Assembly (NCBI GenBank): GCA_965197475.1
Contig: CBDANF010000003.1
Coordinates: 3,648,001 to 3,712,000 of the forward strand
DNA: 64,000 bases
DNA from: Candidatus Poribacteria bacterium
Lineage (GTDB): Bacteria; Poribacteria; WGA-4E; WGA-3G
Direction: 5' to 3'
Shown: positions 48,101 through 56,481 of the stretch, in pieces
How the letters are laid out: each line of letters opens with the position of its first letter
Position numbering within the stretch: the stretch's first letter is position 1
Translations under genes and position numbers: made by a program
The notes under the pieces: generated by a model
Seen by the model: only the letters and a program-made list of their open reading frames with translations
What the model was told of the DNA's origin: nothing
Databases searched by the model: none

Positions 48101-48338
48101 GGACGTAATGTCCTGTCATGGTCTTATAACGGCAGACAGCGTCTTTCATGATGCGTGCAAGGACGTGATGCACACCGGGCGGGGCATTTGCAAACGGTGG
48201 TCCCTCAAGAAAAATAAAGGGTGGCGCGTCTTTGTACATCTCCATACTCTTCTGAAAGATGTCGTTTTCACTCCAGAACGCTAAGATCTGTTTCTCCTTC
48301 TCAGCAAACGTGAATTGCGGTGATACCTCTTCAAACAT
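45195..48338 (-). CDS. ileS: Isoleucyl-tRNA synthetase type 2 (alternative start at 48353)
   Basis: GPPFAN, GWDTHGLP, WTTTPWTLP, CWRC, SRERYWGTP, DQTRGWFY and KMSKS; HIGH appears as GVHH. Confidence 0.97.
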   Translation of the reverse strand: MFEEVSPQFTFAEKEKQILAFWSENDIFQKSMEMYKDAPPFIFLEGPPFANAPPGVHHVLARIMKDAVCRYKTMTGHYVHRKAGWDTHGLPVEYQVEKQLNITNKAELEAYGVQNFIEKCKENVFQYEQDWRQMTERIGFWVNLDEAYITLSNDYIESVWWVLRQAWDKKLLYQGHKVQPYCYRCGTTLASHEVALGYQEVDDPSIFVRFPLKNRENTYLLVWTTTPWTLPSNVAVAVGEDFDYVAVEQNGQHLILAKECMPSLFGDEPPQIVENYKGIDLLNWEYEPLFDSGQHPEKCHYVVPGDFVTTTEGSGIVHIAPAFGQDDYDIGQKYNLPLVQLVGADGKFVAEVKDVWAGEYVKDADPKIIENLDRRGLLFKATEYTHQYPFCWRCDTPLLYYARESWFIRTTTIRDQMRQHNQEINWYPEHIKDGRFGNWLENNIDWGLSRERYWGTPLPIWICDDCGHQHCVGSIAELKELGTDVPDDIELHRPYVDDVVLTCEKCSSTMHRIQDVIDCWFDSGCAHTAQWHYPFENKELFERAYPADFISEAIDQTRGWFYSLLATGTLLYDKPAYKNCLCLELILASDGQKMSKSRGNTVDPWTILNEQGADAMRWYMFTASPPWAQRTFKLEGIDEALKKFMGTLHNVYSFFVMYANLEQVDVLQDAPPFAERAIVDKWILSRLHTLINKVRGDMENYHLTNAPRAIEAFVDDLSNWYVRRSRDRFWGSEAGQDKQAAYATLYEVLVTVAKLAAPFIPFLADELYRNLVGSLDPDAPLSVHLAEYPAADAALIDTELENDMAFTREVISMGHAARNRSGIKTRQPLAEITLGGLSDTEKETVNRLAAFVHDELNVKEIVFTEDLDAFAQVTLKPNFRVLGPKYGKGVQAIAKALATADTMQIKAELESNGSLQLEASGETYTLEQSEIDVQTQNREGFFVEVDAKKFVALSTELTHELVLEGMARELVNKIQNMRKDADFNVSDRIRLSLNTSSALVVEAFETHRDYILSETLTTEVVESPGENAFSLDQKLNGEPATLSVEQV

Positions 48339-48370
48339 GCGAAATTCCCTCATTAGTCTCAGTAATTGTT

Positions 48371-48419
48371 AAAAAACAAAACGCCCCACCGAAATTGTCT
48401 GTTTCAGTGATGGGCGCGT
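48371..48419 (-). terminator. Attenuator terminator upstream of ileS
   Basis: CGCCCATCACTGAAA..TTTCGGTGGGGCG followed by TTTTGTTTTTT on the minus strand. Confidence 0.8.
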
Positions 48420-48447
48420 CTCAATAATACTTCTTATCTGCTTGTGA

Positions 48448-48576
48448 TTAACCCACCACAACACGACGAATAGCAATAATAATGTGTATGACGCGAAGGT
48501 GGTCTTGATGTCCGGCAGTGTCGCGCGCAGACCTTTTGTATTGCGATGTGAGTGTGGTAAGCGATTGATAAAGCAT
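48448..48576 (-). CDS. Ile-rich leader peptide of ileS (42 aa)
   Basis: MLYQSLTTLTSQYKRSARDTAGHQDHLRVIHIIIAIRRVVVG; AGGA upstream; all five Ile codons fall within seven codons. Confidence 0.75.
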   Translation of the reverse strand: MLYQSLTTLTSQYKRSARDTAGHQDHLRVIHIIIAIRRVVVG

Positions 48577-48612
48577 CTTATAATCCTGATTAGATTGTAT
48601 GTTTATTAATGT

Positions 48613-48642
48613 ATGATACTACATGCTATAGTGTGATGTCAA
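48613..48642 (-). promoter_or_regulatory. Promoter of leader-ileS
   Basis: TTGACA-18 nt-TATCAT. Confidence 0.6.
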
Positions 48643-48705
48643 ATCTTTTTGGTACAAATCCTGAGAATTAGTGTATAATGGATATAGTTGAAAGGAAACA
48701 CCTTT

Positions 48706-50182
48706 ATGGAACAAGAAAAAGATAGTTCACTCAAGCAGAATACCATAGAAACACAAGGTGCCACGGTTTGCCTTGAAATAGAAAACCCTTGCTATATAGA
48801 TGGAATTCTGGTAGCAGTTCAAGGTTTCCGGGGTAGTGGTTTCTTTGTAGAACGCGACAAAATTGTAACAAACGTTCATGTCCTTGCTGGAGCAACAAAA
48901 GTCACAGCAATGCACGTTGACACAGAAACAGTTTACACTATATTGAAGGCATCATAGCATTTGATGATATAAACGACCTCGCTGTTTTAAAGGTTGCAGA
49001 AGAACGGACATCATTTCCCCTCGGTGACAGCAGTATAGTTCGGAAAGGTGACCAAGTTTGTGTTATAGGTTACCCTAAGAAAAAAGTGAGCAGCGTGGAA
49101 AGCACTGTACACAGCATCCGAAATAGCGGCAAACACCTGTGGCTAAATTTTAAGCTTTATGAAGGGAATAGCGGAGGTCCCGTGCTAAACGTTAAAGGTG
49201 AAGTAATAGCCGTTGCCGCAGCTGGAGAAATATCTTTTGATAACAGCGCACCGGGGACAGGTAGAACCATTTCCTCCAATGTTCTCAAGTTTCTGCTGAA
49301 GGAGGAAAGAAACGTGGAACCTATTAATGTATGGCAAGAACGTTCACAAATACGTGCCTATGTAGCAGCATATGAAGGAGATGATAATCGAGAACAAGGT
49401 GAATATAAGGAGGCAATAGTACACTATGATACTGCTCTCAAACTTAATCCTGATTTGTCGGACATCTACAATAATCGAGCCTCAACTAAGTTTTCCATAG
49501 GGAGGTATGATGAAGCATTTGCAGATTCACTTACTGCTCTCCGACTCGAACCTGAACGATTTAGTTTTTCAGGTTTTGGGACATTCTGTTTATGGAAGTG
49601 GAAAATTGCCAAACTTTTTTTAATGAGTCTTATTCTCAGGTTTATAAGGAATGTATTTGGTGCAGATAATTGGTTGGCAATTCAAGGGCAGGTGAAGTTC
49701 CGTCTTGCCAAAGCAAGAGCTGAACAAGGAAATATAGCAGAAGCTCGAAATTTATACCGAGCGGGATTGACAACTTTACGGAAGCTATCAATCAAAGACC
49801 GAAGAGAGGAAAATTCTATAATGGGCGGGAATGGGTGAAATACCTCTTGGGGCAACTTGAAACTAAAAAAGGAAACACCGCGGAGGCACAAAAACTATAT
49901 CAAGAAGCGGCCTCCGACGGTGATGAAGCACTCCGGTTAGAGTCAAAGAATACTAAACGTCGGTCTGCTATCTATCACACTCGTGGTGCTGCAAAAGCTG
50001 CCTTAAGCGATCATTACGGTGCCATAGAAGATTTCAATGAATCCATCCGACTCAGACCAAAGAAGGCATTGTACTATAACGACCGTGGGCTTTCAAAAGA
50101 AGCACTCGGACAGCAGGAAGATGCGGAGGCAGATTTTGCGAAAGCAAAGGAATTAGACCAAGATTTTAAAGACAAGTCTTAG
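48706..50182 (+). pseudogene. Trypsin-like protease-TPR gene with two frameshifts (~48940 and ~49765)
   Basis: Three ORF pieces are collinear with intact paralog 50216-51919 (TNVHV, DLAVL, GNSGGP). Confidence 0.85.
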
Positions 50183-50215
50183 AGACTAAGGCACAGGCAA
50201 TAGGAGAACATACCA

Positions 50216-51919
50216 ATGCAACAAGAAAGAGACAATCTATCCCAGCAAAATGTAGAAGAAATCATAGGTACAGTTGTTCGCTTGGAAAACGCCTATGAGG
50301 GTAAGGATAAAACCGGTAGAGGCAGTGGGTTTTTCATTGAACCTGACAAAATTGTTACCAACGTTCATGTTCTCATTGACGGCGAATTAGTCGGAGTAAA
50401 GTGTCAAAAAACAGGAACAGCTTACACTGTTGAAGGTATTATAGCCTTTGACGATATAAATGACCTCGCTGTTTTAAAGATTGTAGAAAAAGCTACGCCA
50501 TTTCCTCTTGGCGACAGCAGGAGGGTTCGGATAGGTGACCGAGTCTGTCTCATAGGTTGTCGTGAAGGAAAAGTAAACCGCGTGGAAGGCACTGTGGATA
50601 GCATCCGAAATAGCGGTAAACACCACTGGATAGAATTCAATATTCCTTCTGGACGAGGGTATAGCGGTAGTCCTGTACTGAATGCTAAAGGCGAAGTTGT
50701 TTCCGTTGTCCAATCTTCAGAAGCATATTCTAAACAAGATACACCAACAAAATACAGAACTATTTCCTCAAATGTTCTCAAACTTCCGTTGGAACATACC
50801 GGAGAAGTGGAGTCTCTTGAAACATGGCAAAATAGGGATCGCATACGTGCTTATGTAAAATATAATGATGGCTATCTTAGTAGTCAACACGGTGATATAA
50901 AGGAAGCAATAGCACTCTATGACGCTGCCATAAAACTCAACCCTGATGTGGCTGATGCCTACAATGGCAGAGCCGTAGCGAAGAAGTCCTTAGCGAAATT
51001 GGACGAGGCACTCCCTGATTCACTCGCTGCCCTCAAACTCAATCGGGAACGATTTAGTTTTTCGCGATTTGGGATATTCCTTTCATGGAAGTGGAGAGTT
51101 ATCAAACTTTCTGTCGCCTGCCGTTTGCAAAGATTCATAAGGAGTATATTTGGGGAAGATAAGTGGCTCAATATTCAAGTACAGGTGAGGTTACGTGTCG
51201 CCAAAACAAGAATTACGCAGGGAAAAACGTCAGAAGCTCTAAATATATACCAAGCAGTAATTGATGACTTTACTGAAGTTATTATTCAGGGACCGATTGA
51301 AGCGAAACAGAAAAACCTGAGCGCGGCACGAAGATTATATCAAGAGGCAATTGGCGATCTTACTGAAGTTATCAATCAAAAACAGAAGCCGGTACGATCC
51401 TACTATAACAGGGGAAGATCAAAATATATTTTCGGAGAATTTGAAAATCAACTGCAAAATTTGGATACGGCACAAAAACTTTATCAAAGTGCAATAAGCG
51501 ACTATACTGAAGCTATTAATTTAAAAATAGGAGGGTTGTACACCTACAATCACCGTGGACAGACAAAATATCAGTTAGCAAAGGTTGAAACGAAACAGGG
51601 GAATACCACAGCATCGCAAAACCTATATCAAGAGATCGTAGCCGATAATGATAAGGCACTTGGGTTAGAAGGAAAATGTGTCGCATGTCGTACTGCTATC
51701 CATCACATTCGCGGCGTGGCAAAAGCTGCACTTGATGATCATGAGGGTGCAATTGAAGATTTCAATGAATCCATTCGCCTAAATCCGAATAAAGCTCTCT
51801 ACTACAACGAGCGTGGGAAGGCAAAAGAAGCACTTGGGCGGCACGAAGCAGCAGAAGCCGACTTTACGAAAGCAAAAGAATTAGACCCGGATTTGAAAAT
51901 AAGTCAAACTAACAAATGA
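50216..51919 (+). CDS. Trypsin-like serine protease plus TPR repeats, no signal peptide
   Basis: GSGFF, TNVHV, NDLAVL and GYSGSP; multiple TPRs. Confidence 0.85.
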   Translation: MQQERDNLSQQNVEEIIGTVVRLENAYEGKDKTGRGSGFFIEPDKIVTNVHVLIDGELVGVKCQKTGTAYTVEGIIAFDDINDLAVLKIVEKATPFPLGDSRRVRIGDRVCLIGCREGKVNRVEGTVDSIRNSGKHHWIEFNIPSGRGYSGSPVLNAKGEVVSVVQSSEAYSKQDTPTKYRTISSNVLKLPLEHTGEVESLETWQNRDRIRAYVKYNDGYLSSQHGDIKEAIALYDAAIKLNPDVADAYNGRAVAKKSLAKLDEALPDSLAALKLNRERFSFSRFGIFLSWKWRVIKLSVACRLQRFIRSIFGEDKWLNIQVQVRLRVAKTRITQGKTSEALNIYQAVIDDFTEVIIQGPIEAKQKNLSAARRLYQEAIGDLTEVINQKQKPVRSYYNRGRSKYIFGEFENQLQNLDTAQKLYQSAISDYTEAINLKIGGLYTYNHRGQTKYQLAKVETKQGNTTASQNLYQEIVADNDKALGLEGKCVACRTAIHHIRGVAKAALDDHEGAIEDFNESIRLNPNKALYYNERGKAKEALGRHEAAEADFTKAKELDPDLKISQTNK

Positions 51920-51944
51920 TAAAGGCAATAGAAGGTGAATGACC

Positions 51945-52673
51945 ATGAAAGAGGGAAAAGATGCATTGTTACAACAACAAATTCTTGATAACAATAAAGA
52001 ATCTACAGTTTACTTGGAAATAGAAATTGATGACAGCGAAAACTTTGAATTAGACTCAGAATATCCAAACATTATAACTGCAACAGGTTTCTATGTAGAA
52101 CCAGACAAGATAGTGACGACCATAGCTGTTCTTGCCAAGGCTGAAACTGTTATTCCGTTCTCCCCAAATCAATATGAGACAATAAGGGAGCACTCCACAT
52201 CTCGCTTAGGTAAGAAACAGAACGAAATGGATATTTTCCCGTTGAGCCAATACAAAAATGTTCAGATTAACGGTAAGGAAGACATCACTATTGAAGGGTA
52301 ACCGCCTATGATGCAAAAAGCAATCTGGTACTTCTTAAAGTTGATAACATAAGTGTCCCACTATCCATCGGAAACAGCGACACCATCCAAATAAACGATC
52401 CAGTTTATATCATAGGATACCATTTAGAGACGGGATACGAGGGTAGAGCAGGTTACATTCAAGGCAGATACGGTGACAACATACGTTACCAAATAAAAAC
52501 CGAATTTATTACTGGGGCTTTCGGCAGCCCCGTTATGAATAAGAACAACGAAGTCATTGGTGTTGCTACCACAGGGTTAGATTCTGATATTGAGGATCTC
52601 AGCACTATGACTACAATTATGGTTTCCTCCAACGTGATCAATACTTTAATCGCTAATTCAGGAAATGTAATAC
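51945..52673 (+). pseudogene. Third trypsin-like paralog, frameshifted (~52297) and truncated by IS3
   Basis: ATGFYVEPDKIVT; after the shift ..AYDAKSNLVLLK..GAFGSPVMN..VSSNVI. Confidence 0.75.
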
Positions 52674-52752
52674 TGTACTGCCACCGGAAATTCGGGCCGC
52701 TCTCTAAGACAAGATTATGGTATAATATCCATCTCCTTGAAAGGAGTATCCG

Positions 52753-53043
52753 ATGGCGAAACGAAAACGAAGAAACTTCACCCCCGAGTTTAAAGCCGAA
52801 GTTGTTCTTGAGGCTCTCAGCGTTGAAAGTTCCCAAGCAGAAGTGTGTCGGCGACATAACCTCATCGATGAACAACTTTCAAAGTGGAAGCGACAGCTTC
52901 TTGAAAAAGCGGCGACCCTCTTTGAACCCGCTGATAAACAGTCTGATGCCTCTGCGGAGCGGATCGCCCAACTTGAGCAACTCGTTGGGCGGTTGACCTT
53001 GGCACTTGACATCCAAAAAAAAGCCTCAACTTACTTGAGTTAG
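52753..53043 (+). CDS. IS3 OrfA (HTH)
   Basis: RRNFTPEFKAEVV..W; A8G slippery site at 53015-53023. Confidence 0.9.
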   Translation: MAKRKRRNFTPEFKAEVVLEALSVESSQAEVCRRHNLIDEQLSKWKRQLLEKAATLFEPADKQSDASAERIAQLEQLVGRLTLALDIQKKASTYLS

Positions 53044-53048
53044 CCTCG

Positions 53049-53879
53049 ATGGAGCAGCGAGAAATGGTTACGGCATTACGGACAGACTTTTCGGTTCGGC
53101 AGATATGTGAGACACTCGGTTTCAACCGAAGCAACCTCTATTATCACTCCAAGCAGGCCCCGTGTGAAGCGGGCCTCCAGGATGAAATAGAGACGTTATC
53201 TTTGCTATATCCAACATACGGATATAGGCGTCCCACACAGTTGTTGGTGCGTAGCGGATACACCATCGGGTATAAACGTGTTGCCCGATTGATGAAGTCC
53301 GCCAACCTCTCGGTTTCTGTCAAGCGTGTCTGTCAAACCACGACATCCGTTGCGGGTGTGCGTCCCTGGAGCAATCGCCTTGAAAACCTTGATGTCTCCC
53401 GATGTAATCAGGTCTGGGTGGGCGATATTACCTACGTCCGCCTCAAAGGACACTTTATCTATGTTTGTCTGCTCATGGATGTCTTCACTCGCATGATCAG
53501 AGGGTGGCATATCAGTCAACACTTGACGCAATCTCTGACGTTGAAACCCTTGGAGACAGCATTATGTCAAAGTGTCCCAGAGATCCATCATTCTGATCAA
53601 GGCGTTCAATATCTTTCAAATGCGTCCATCTCACTGCTTAGGCATCATGGGATTGAGATTTCAGTCGCCCGGAGAGGGTGTCCTTGGGAGAACGGATATG
53701 CTGAAAGACTTATCCGCACGCTCAAGGAAGAAGAAGTTCATCTCAATGACTATGAGGACATCCACGAAGCAAGAACCCGCATTGGGCATTTTATTACACA
53801 AGTGTATAATCACAAACGCCCTCACTCTGCGTTAGGGTATTTGACACCTGTGGAATTTGAGCAAAAAAACTTGTCTTAA
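53049..53879 (+). CDS. IS3 OrfB (DDE integrase core), in the -1 frame
   Basis: YGYRR, WVGDITY, HHSDQGVQY, ENGYAE and RPHSALGY. Confidence 0.9.
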   Translation: MEQREMVTALRTDFSVRQICETLGFNRSNLYYHSKQAPCEAGLQDEIETLSLLYPTYGYRRPTQLLVRSGYTIGYKRVARLMKSANLSVSVKRVCQTTTSVAGVRPWSNRLENLDVSRCNQVWVGDITYVRLKGHFIYVCLLMDVFTRMIRGWHISQHLTQSLTLKPLETALCQSVPEIHHSDQGVQYLSNASISLLRHHGIEISVARRGCPWENGYAERLIRTLKEEEVHLNDYEDIHEARTRIGHFITQVYNHKRPHSALGYLTPVEFEQKNLS

Positions 53880-53994
53880 CTTTGCTAAATTTTGGTCTGA
53901 ATAAACGGTAGCACTTCATAGATTTTTATTTGATGGTTTTGGAAATCACGCGCCAAATTGCACAGTGACGATATAAATTTCAAAGGAAATTAAA

Positions 53995-55191
53995 ATGTAT
54001 AAAGACAAATTACATGAAATCCAAGCTATAATTGATGAGATTGAAAAACAAATTCAAGATGCTGAATGTGTGTTTCGAGGTGAACCAAAATGTTATGACA
54101 AAGTAGCCTGTGGTGCTCTACGAGAATACAGTAATGTCAAAGATACGTTTATGCCATCTACAATACTGACCGATATTCCTGGTCTAACAGTTGATACACG
54201 AGGTTTAGAAATTCACTTTAATTTTACAGCATCAAAGGAAGCAATTCAAGATAGTCAACAAGAGATGTTAAAAAATCTACAGCGTCGTATAGGCGAAGAA
54301 AACAACACGGATCACTTGAGTATGGTAGCTATACTACAACATATTGGTTACGGAACGCACCTACTGGATTTTACAAAAGATTATCGTATAGCTATGTTTT
54401 TTGCTTGTCGTAAAGAATTTGATGCAGATGGTAGAATCATACTTTTACGGACAGATAATGAAAAATACAAAATGCACAATATGTCTCAGAAGAAAGAATT
54501 ACACCTTGTAGAGGGTCGTGCTGCAGCACAAAAAAGTGTGTTAGTTGATTGCCCTGAATTGTATGTTGAGGAAGTTGATCATTATTATGTACGTAGAATT
54601 CCAAAAAACTTAAAAGTTCCTATTATGGAATATTTAAAAGCGAATGGGATTTCTGAGGAAACTATCTTCCCAGATTATTTAGGATTCATCAAAAAAGAAG
54701 AAGAACGTAAAGAAGCTCATAAGAATTTTCGAGAAGGTTTAGAACTTGAAGATAATGAAGATTACGATAAAGCCATTCAATGTTACAATAAAGCGATAAA
54801 TTTGAAGTATGACTTTGCTAGTGCTTACAAACATAAGGGTTATGTTTGGTGCATGAAAAAGGAATTGGAAAAGGCAGAAGAAGATTTAACAAAATCTTTG
54901 TATTTTGATCCTGTTGATATGAATACCGCTTTTAATGAAGTTATGTCCCTTGTAGAACCGGGTTTTTCTTATCATCATAGAAGTCGTGTTTATGCCCAGA
55001 AAGGCGAAAAAGATAAAGCACTACGCGATTGTAGAAAAGAGATAGACATTGACCCGAACTCAGCGAGACCATATTTTAATCGGGGACAAATTTATGCTAA
55101 TAATGGTGAATTAGAAAAAGCACTAATTGATATTTATCAAAATTCTTCATATGTCAATGTTTATCAATGTTTTCTTGGTATTTGTTCATGA
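53995..55191 (+). CDS. FRG-domain plus TPR protein, 3' end replaced by an IS at ~55128
   Basis: VFRGE, LQHIGYGTHLLDFT..AMFFA, AQKS and ETIFPD; TPRs break off at KALID. Confidence 0.8.
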   Translation: MYKDKLHEIQAIIDEIEKQIQDAECVFRGEPKCYDKVACGALREYSNVKDTFMPSTILTDIPGLTVDTRGLEIHFNFTASKEAIQDSQQEMLKNLQRRIGEENNTDHLSMVAILQHIGYGTHLLDFTKDYRIAMFFACRKEFDADGRIILLRTDNEKYKMHNMSQKKELHLVEGRAAAQKSVLVDCPELYVEEVDHYYVRRIPKNLKVPIMEYLKANGISEETIFPDYLGFIKKEEERKEAHKNFREGLELEDNEDYDKAIQCYNKAINLKYDFASAYKHKGYVWCMKKELEKAEEDLTKSLYFDPVDMNTAFNEVMSLVEPGFSYHHRSRVYAQKGEKDKALRDCRKEIDIDPNSARPYFNRGQIYANNGELEKALIDIYQNSSYVNVYQCFLGICS

Positions 55192-56481
55192 AAATGCTCG
55201 CTGAGATCAGACAGCATCTGCCTCTGTCCTGAAAGTTCAAGTTGTCCTTGATGAAAGGTTTTTCGCACGGAGCGACTGACCTGCTGTATCAAAAGGTAGC
55301 TCATCACTTTCACACCTAAGTTCGCATACGCGCCATTCCGTCCTTTTAGGCTCATGGATGCGAGGTTTAGGTCTGTTTTTAGATACCGCCAATACTGTTC
55401 TATACCGTGGTGTTGAGACCATATCCGCAGGATTTCACAAGCACGGAGTGGTTTCCCGAATACGAGCATTGTTCGGACTTTGCCACGGTCTGCCAAGAAC
55501 AACACCACTACTTTTCCAAAAGTTGGACTTGTGGCTTTAGTCCGATAGACCGGTTTATCGCACCCCCATTGATTGGAGAGGAGTTTGATCGACTTTTTAT
55601 GCTCCGAGAGTTTCACCTTTTTTTCATCAATCGTCATCACATAGTTGCTTTTTCCGTGCACAAGGATCGTTTCAAATCCCATTTCTCGCAAGGTGTCAAT
55701 CAAGTGGTGGCTGCCATACCACGAATCGAAGGTGATCGGATAGTTTCGGATATCTATTCCGGTCTCTTCAAAGAAGGACACCACTTCCTTGAACATAGTG
55801 ATGACACAAGAGGGTTTATCCGTGTTCCCGCGTCCTTGTTTGCTGACCAGTCGCATATTCAGCGGAATGATCTGATTTCCAATCTTTAGGACGATCCCCA
55901 ATATATTTTGCCCCTTCATCGGCTGTTTTGCTTGAGAAGACCACCAATTGGATGTGTAGGCGAGACCCTCTCCATAGCGGAAAACAAAGGTATCATCCAC
56001 ACTGATGACGATACGTAGACGCGATAGAGAAGCAGCACTTTTTGATACTGCCTCCTGTAGCACCTCTAACGCAATAGAACACCCGATACGCACAAAAAGA
56101 TGCTGCCAGAGATAAAGACTCATCGTGTTCAGTTCCCGATATAGCCTCGTTTTCGGAATAGACAACGCATCCGCCACTTGATCCGGGTTAGTGAGCCCAA
56201 ACAGATGGCAGGTTGACAAAAACACTAAGGTATGAACAAAATGCTGTTTCAAGGTCCGAAACTGTGAAGATAGAAGTTCTTGAAAAAAAGTGGTAGATTT
56301 GATAAGCTGAGTTAGCATGAGATATCCTCCTAATGTTTGTTTATATTCAAATCTGTAATTAGGATGCTATCTCATGCTATAAAAGTCAAGGAAAATGGAC
56401 ACAGCAAAAACGCATTTTCATGGTGCTATACCTTGTTTCTATTGATTATTATTAGGTTCAAGACCATTCTGAGAAATATCA
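55128..56481 (-). mobile_element. IS701/IS4-like insertion sequence
   Basis: Imperfect 16-bp TIRs TGATATTTATCAAAAT (55128-55143) and ATTCTGAGAAATATCA (56466-56481); no TSD. Confidence 0.7.
55164..56318 (-). CDS. DDE transposase (IS701-like)
   Basis: SVDDT, FDSWYG and W..IEQYWRYLK; RBS AGGAGG. Confidence 0.85.
   Translation of the reverse strand: MLTQLIKSTTFFQELLSSQFRTLKQHFVHTLVFLSTCHLFGLTNPDQVADALSIPKTRLYRELNTMSLYLWQHLFVRIGCSIALEVLQEAVSKSAASLSRLRIVISVDDTFVFRYGEGLAYTSNWWSSQAKQPMKGQNILGIVLKIGNQIIPLNMRLVSKQGRGNTDKPSCVITMFKEVVSFFEETGIDIRNYPITFDSWYGSHHLIDTLREMGFETILVHGKSNYVMTIDEKKVKLSEHKKSIKLLSNQWGCDKPVYRTKATSPTFGKVVVLFLADRGKVRTMLVFGKPLRACEILRIWSQHHGIEQYWRYLKTDLNLASMSLKGRNGAYANLGVKVMSYLLIQQVSRSVRKTFHQGQLELSGQRQMLSDLSEHFHEQIPRKH

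Larger units (their letters stand above)
52674..53918 (+). mobile_element. IS3-family insertion sequence
   Basis: TG..CA ends, with imperfect TIRs TGTACTGCCACCGGAAATTCGGGCC and GGTCTGAATAAACGGTAGCACTTCA. Confidence 0.9.

Noticed and set aside
48360-48600. T-box riboswitch upstream of ileS
   Set aside because: No clear UGGNACC T-box bulge or stem I motifs seen; a leader peptide explains the region better.
52535-52996. 153-aa ORF as a real gene
   Set aside because: Chimera of the trypsin pseudogene tail reading into the IS3 element.
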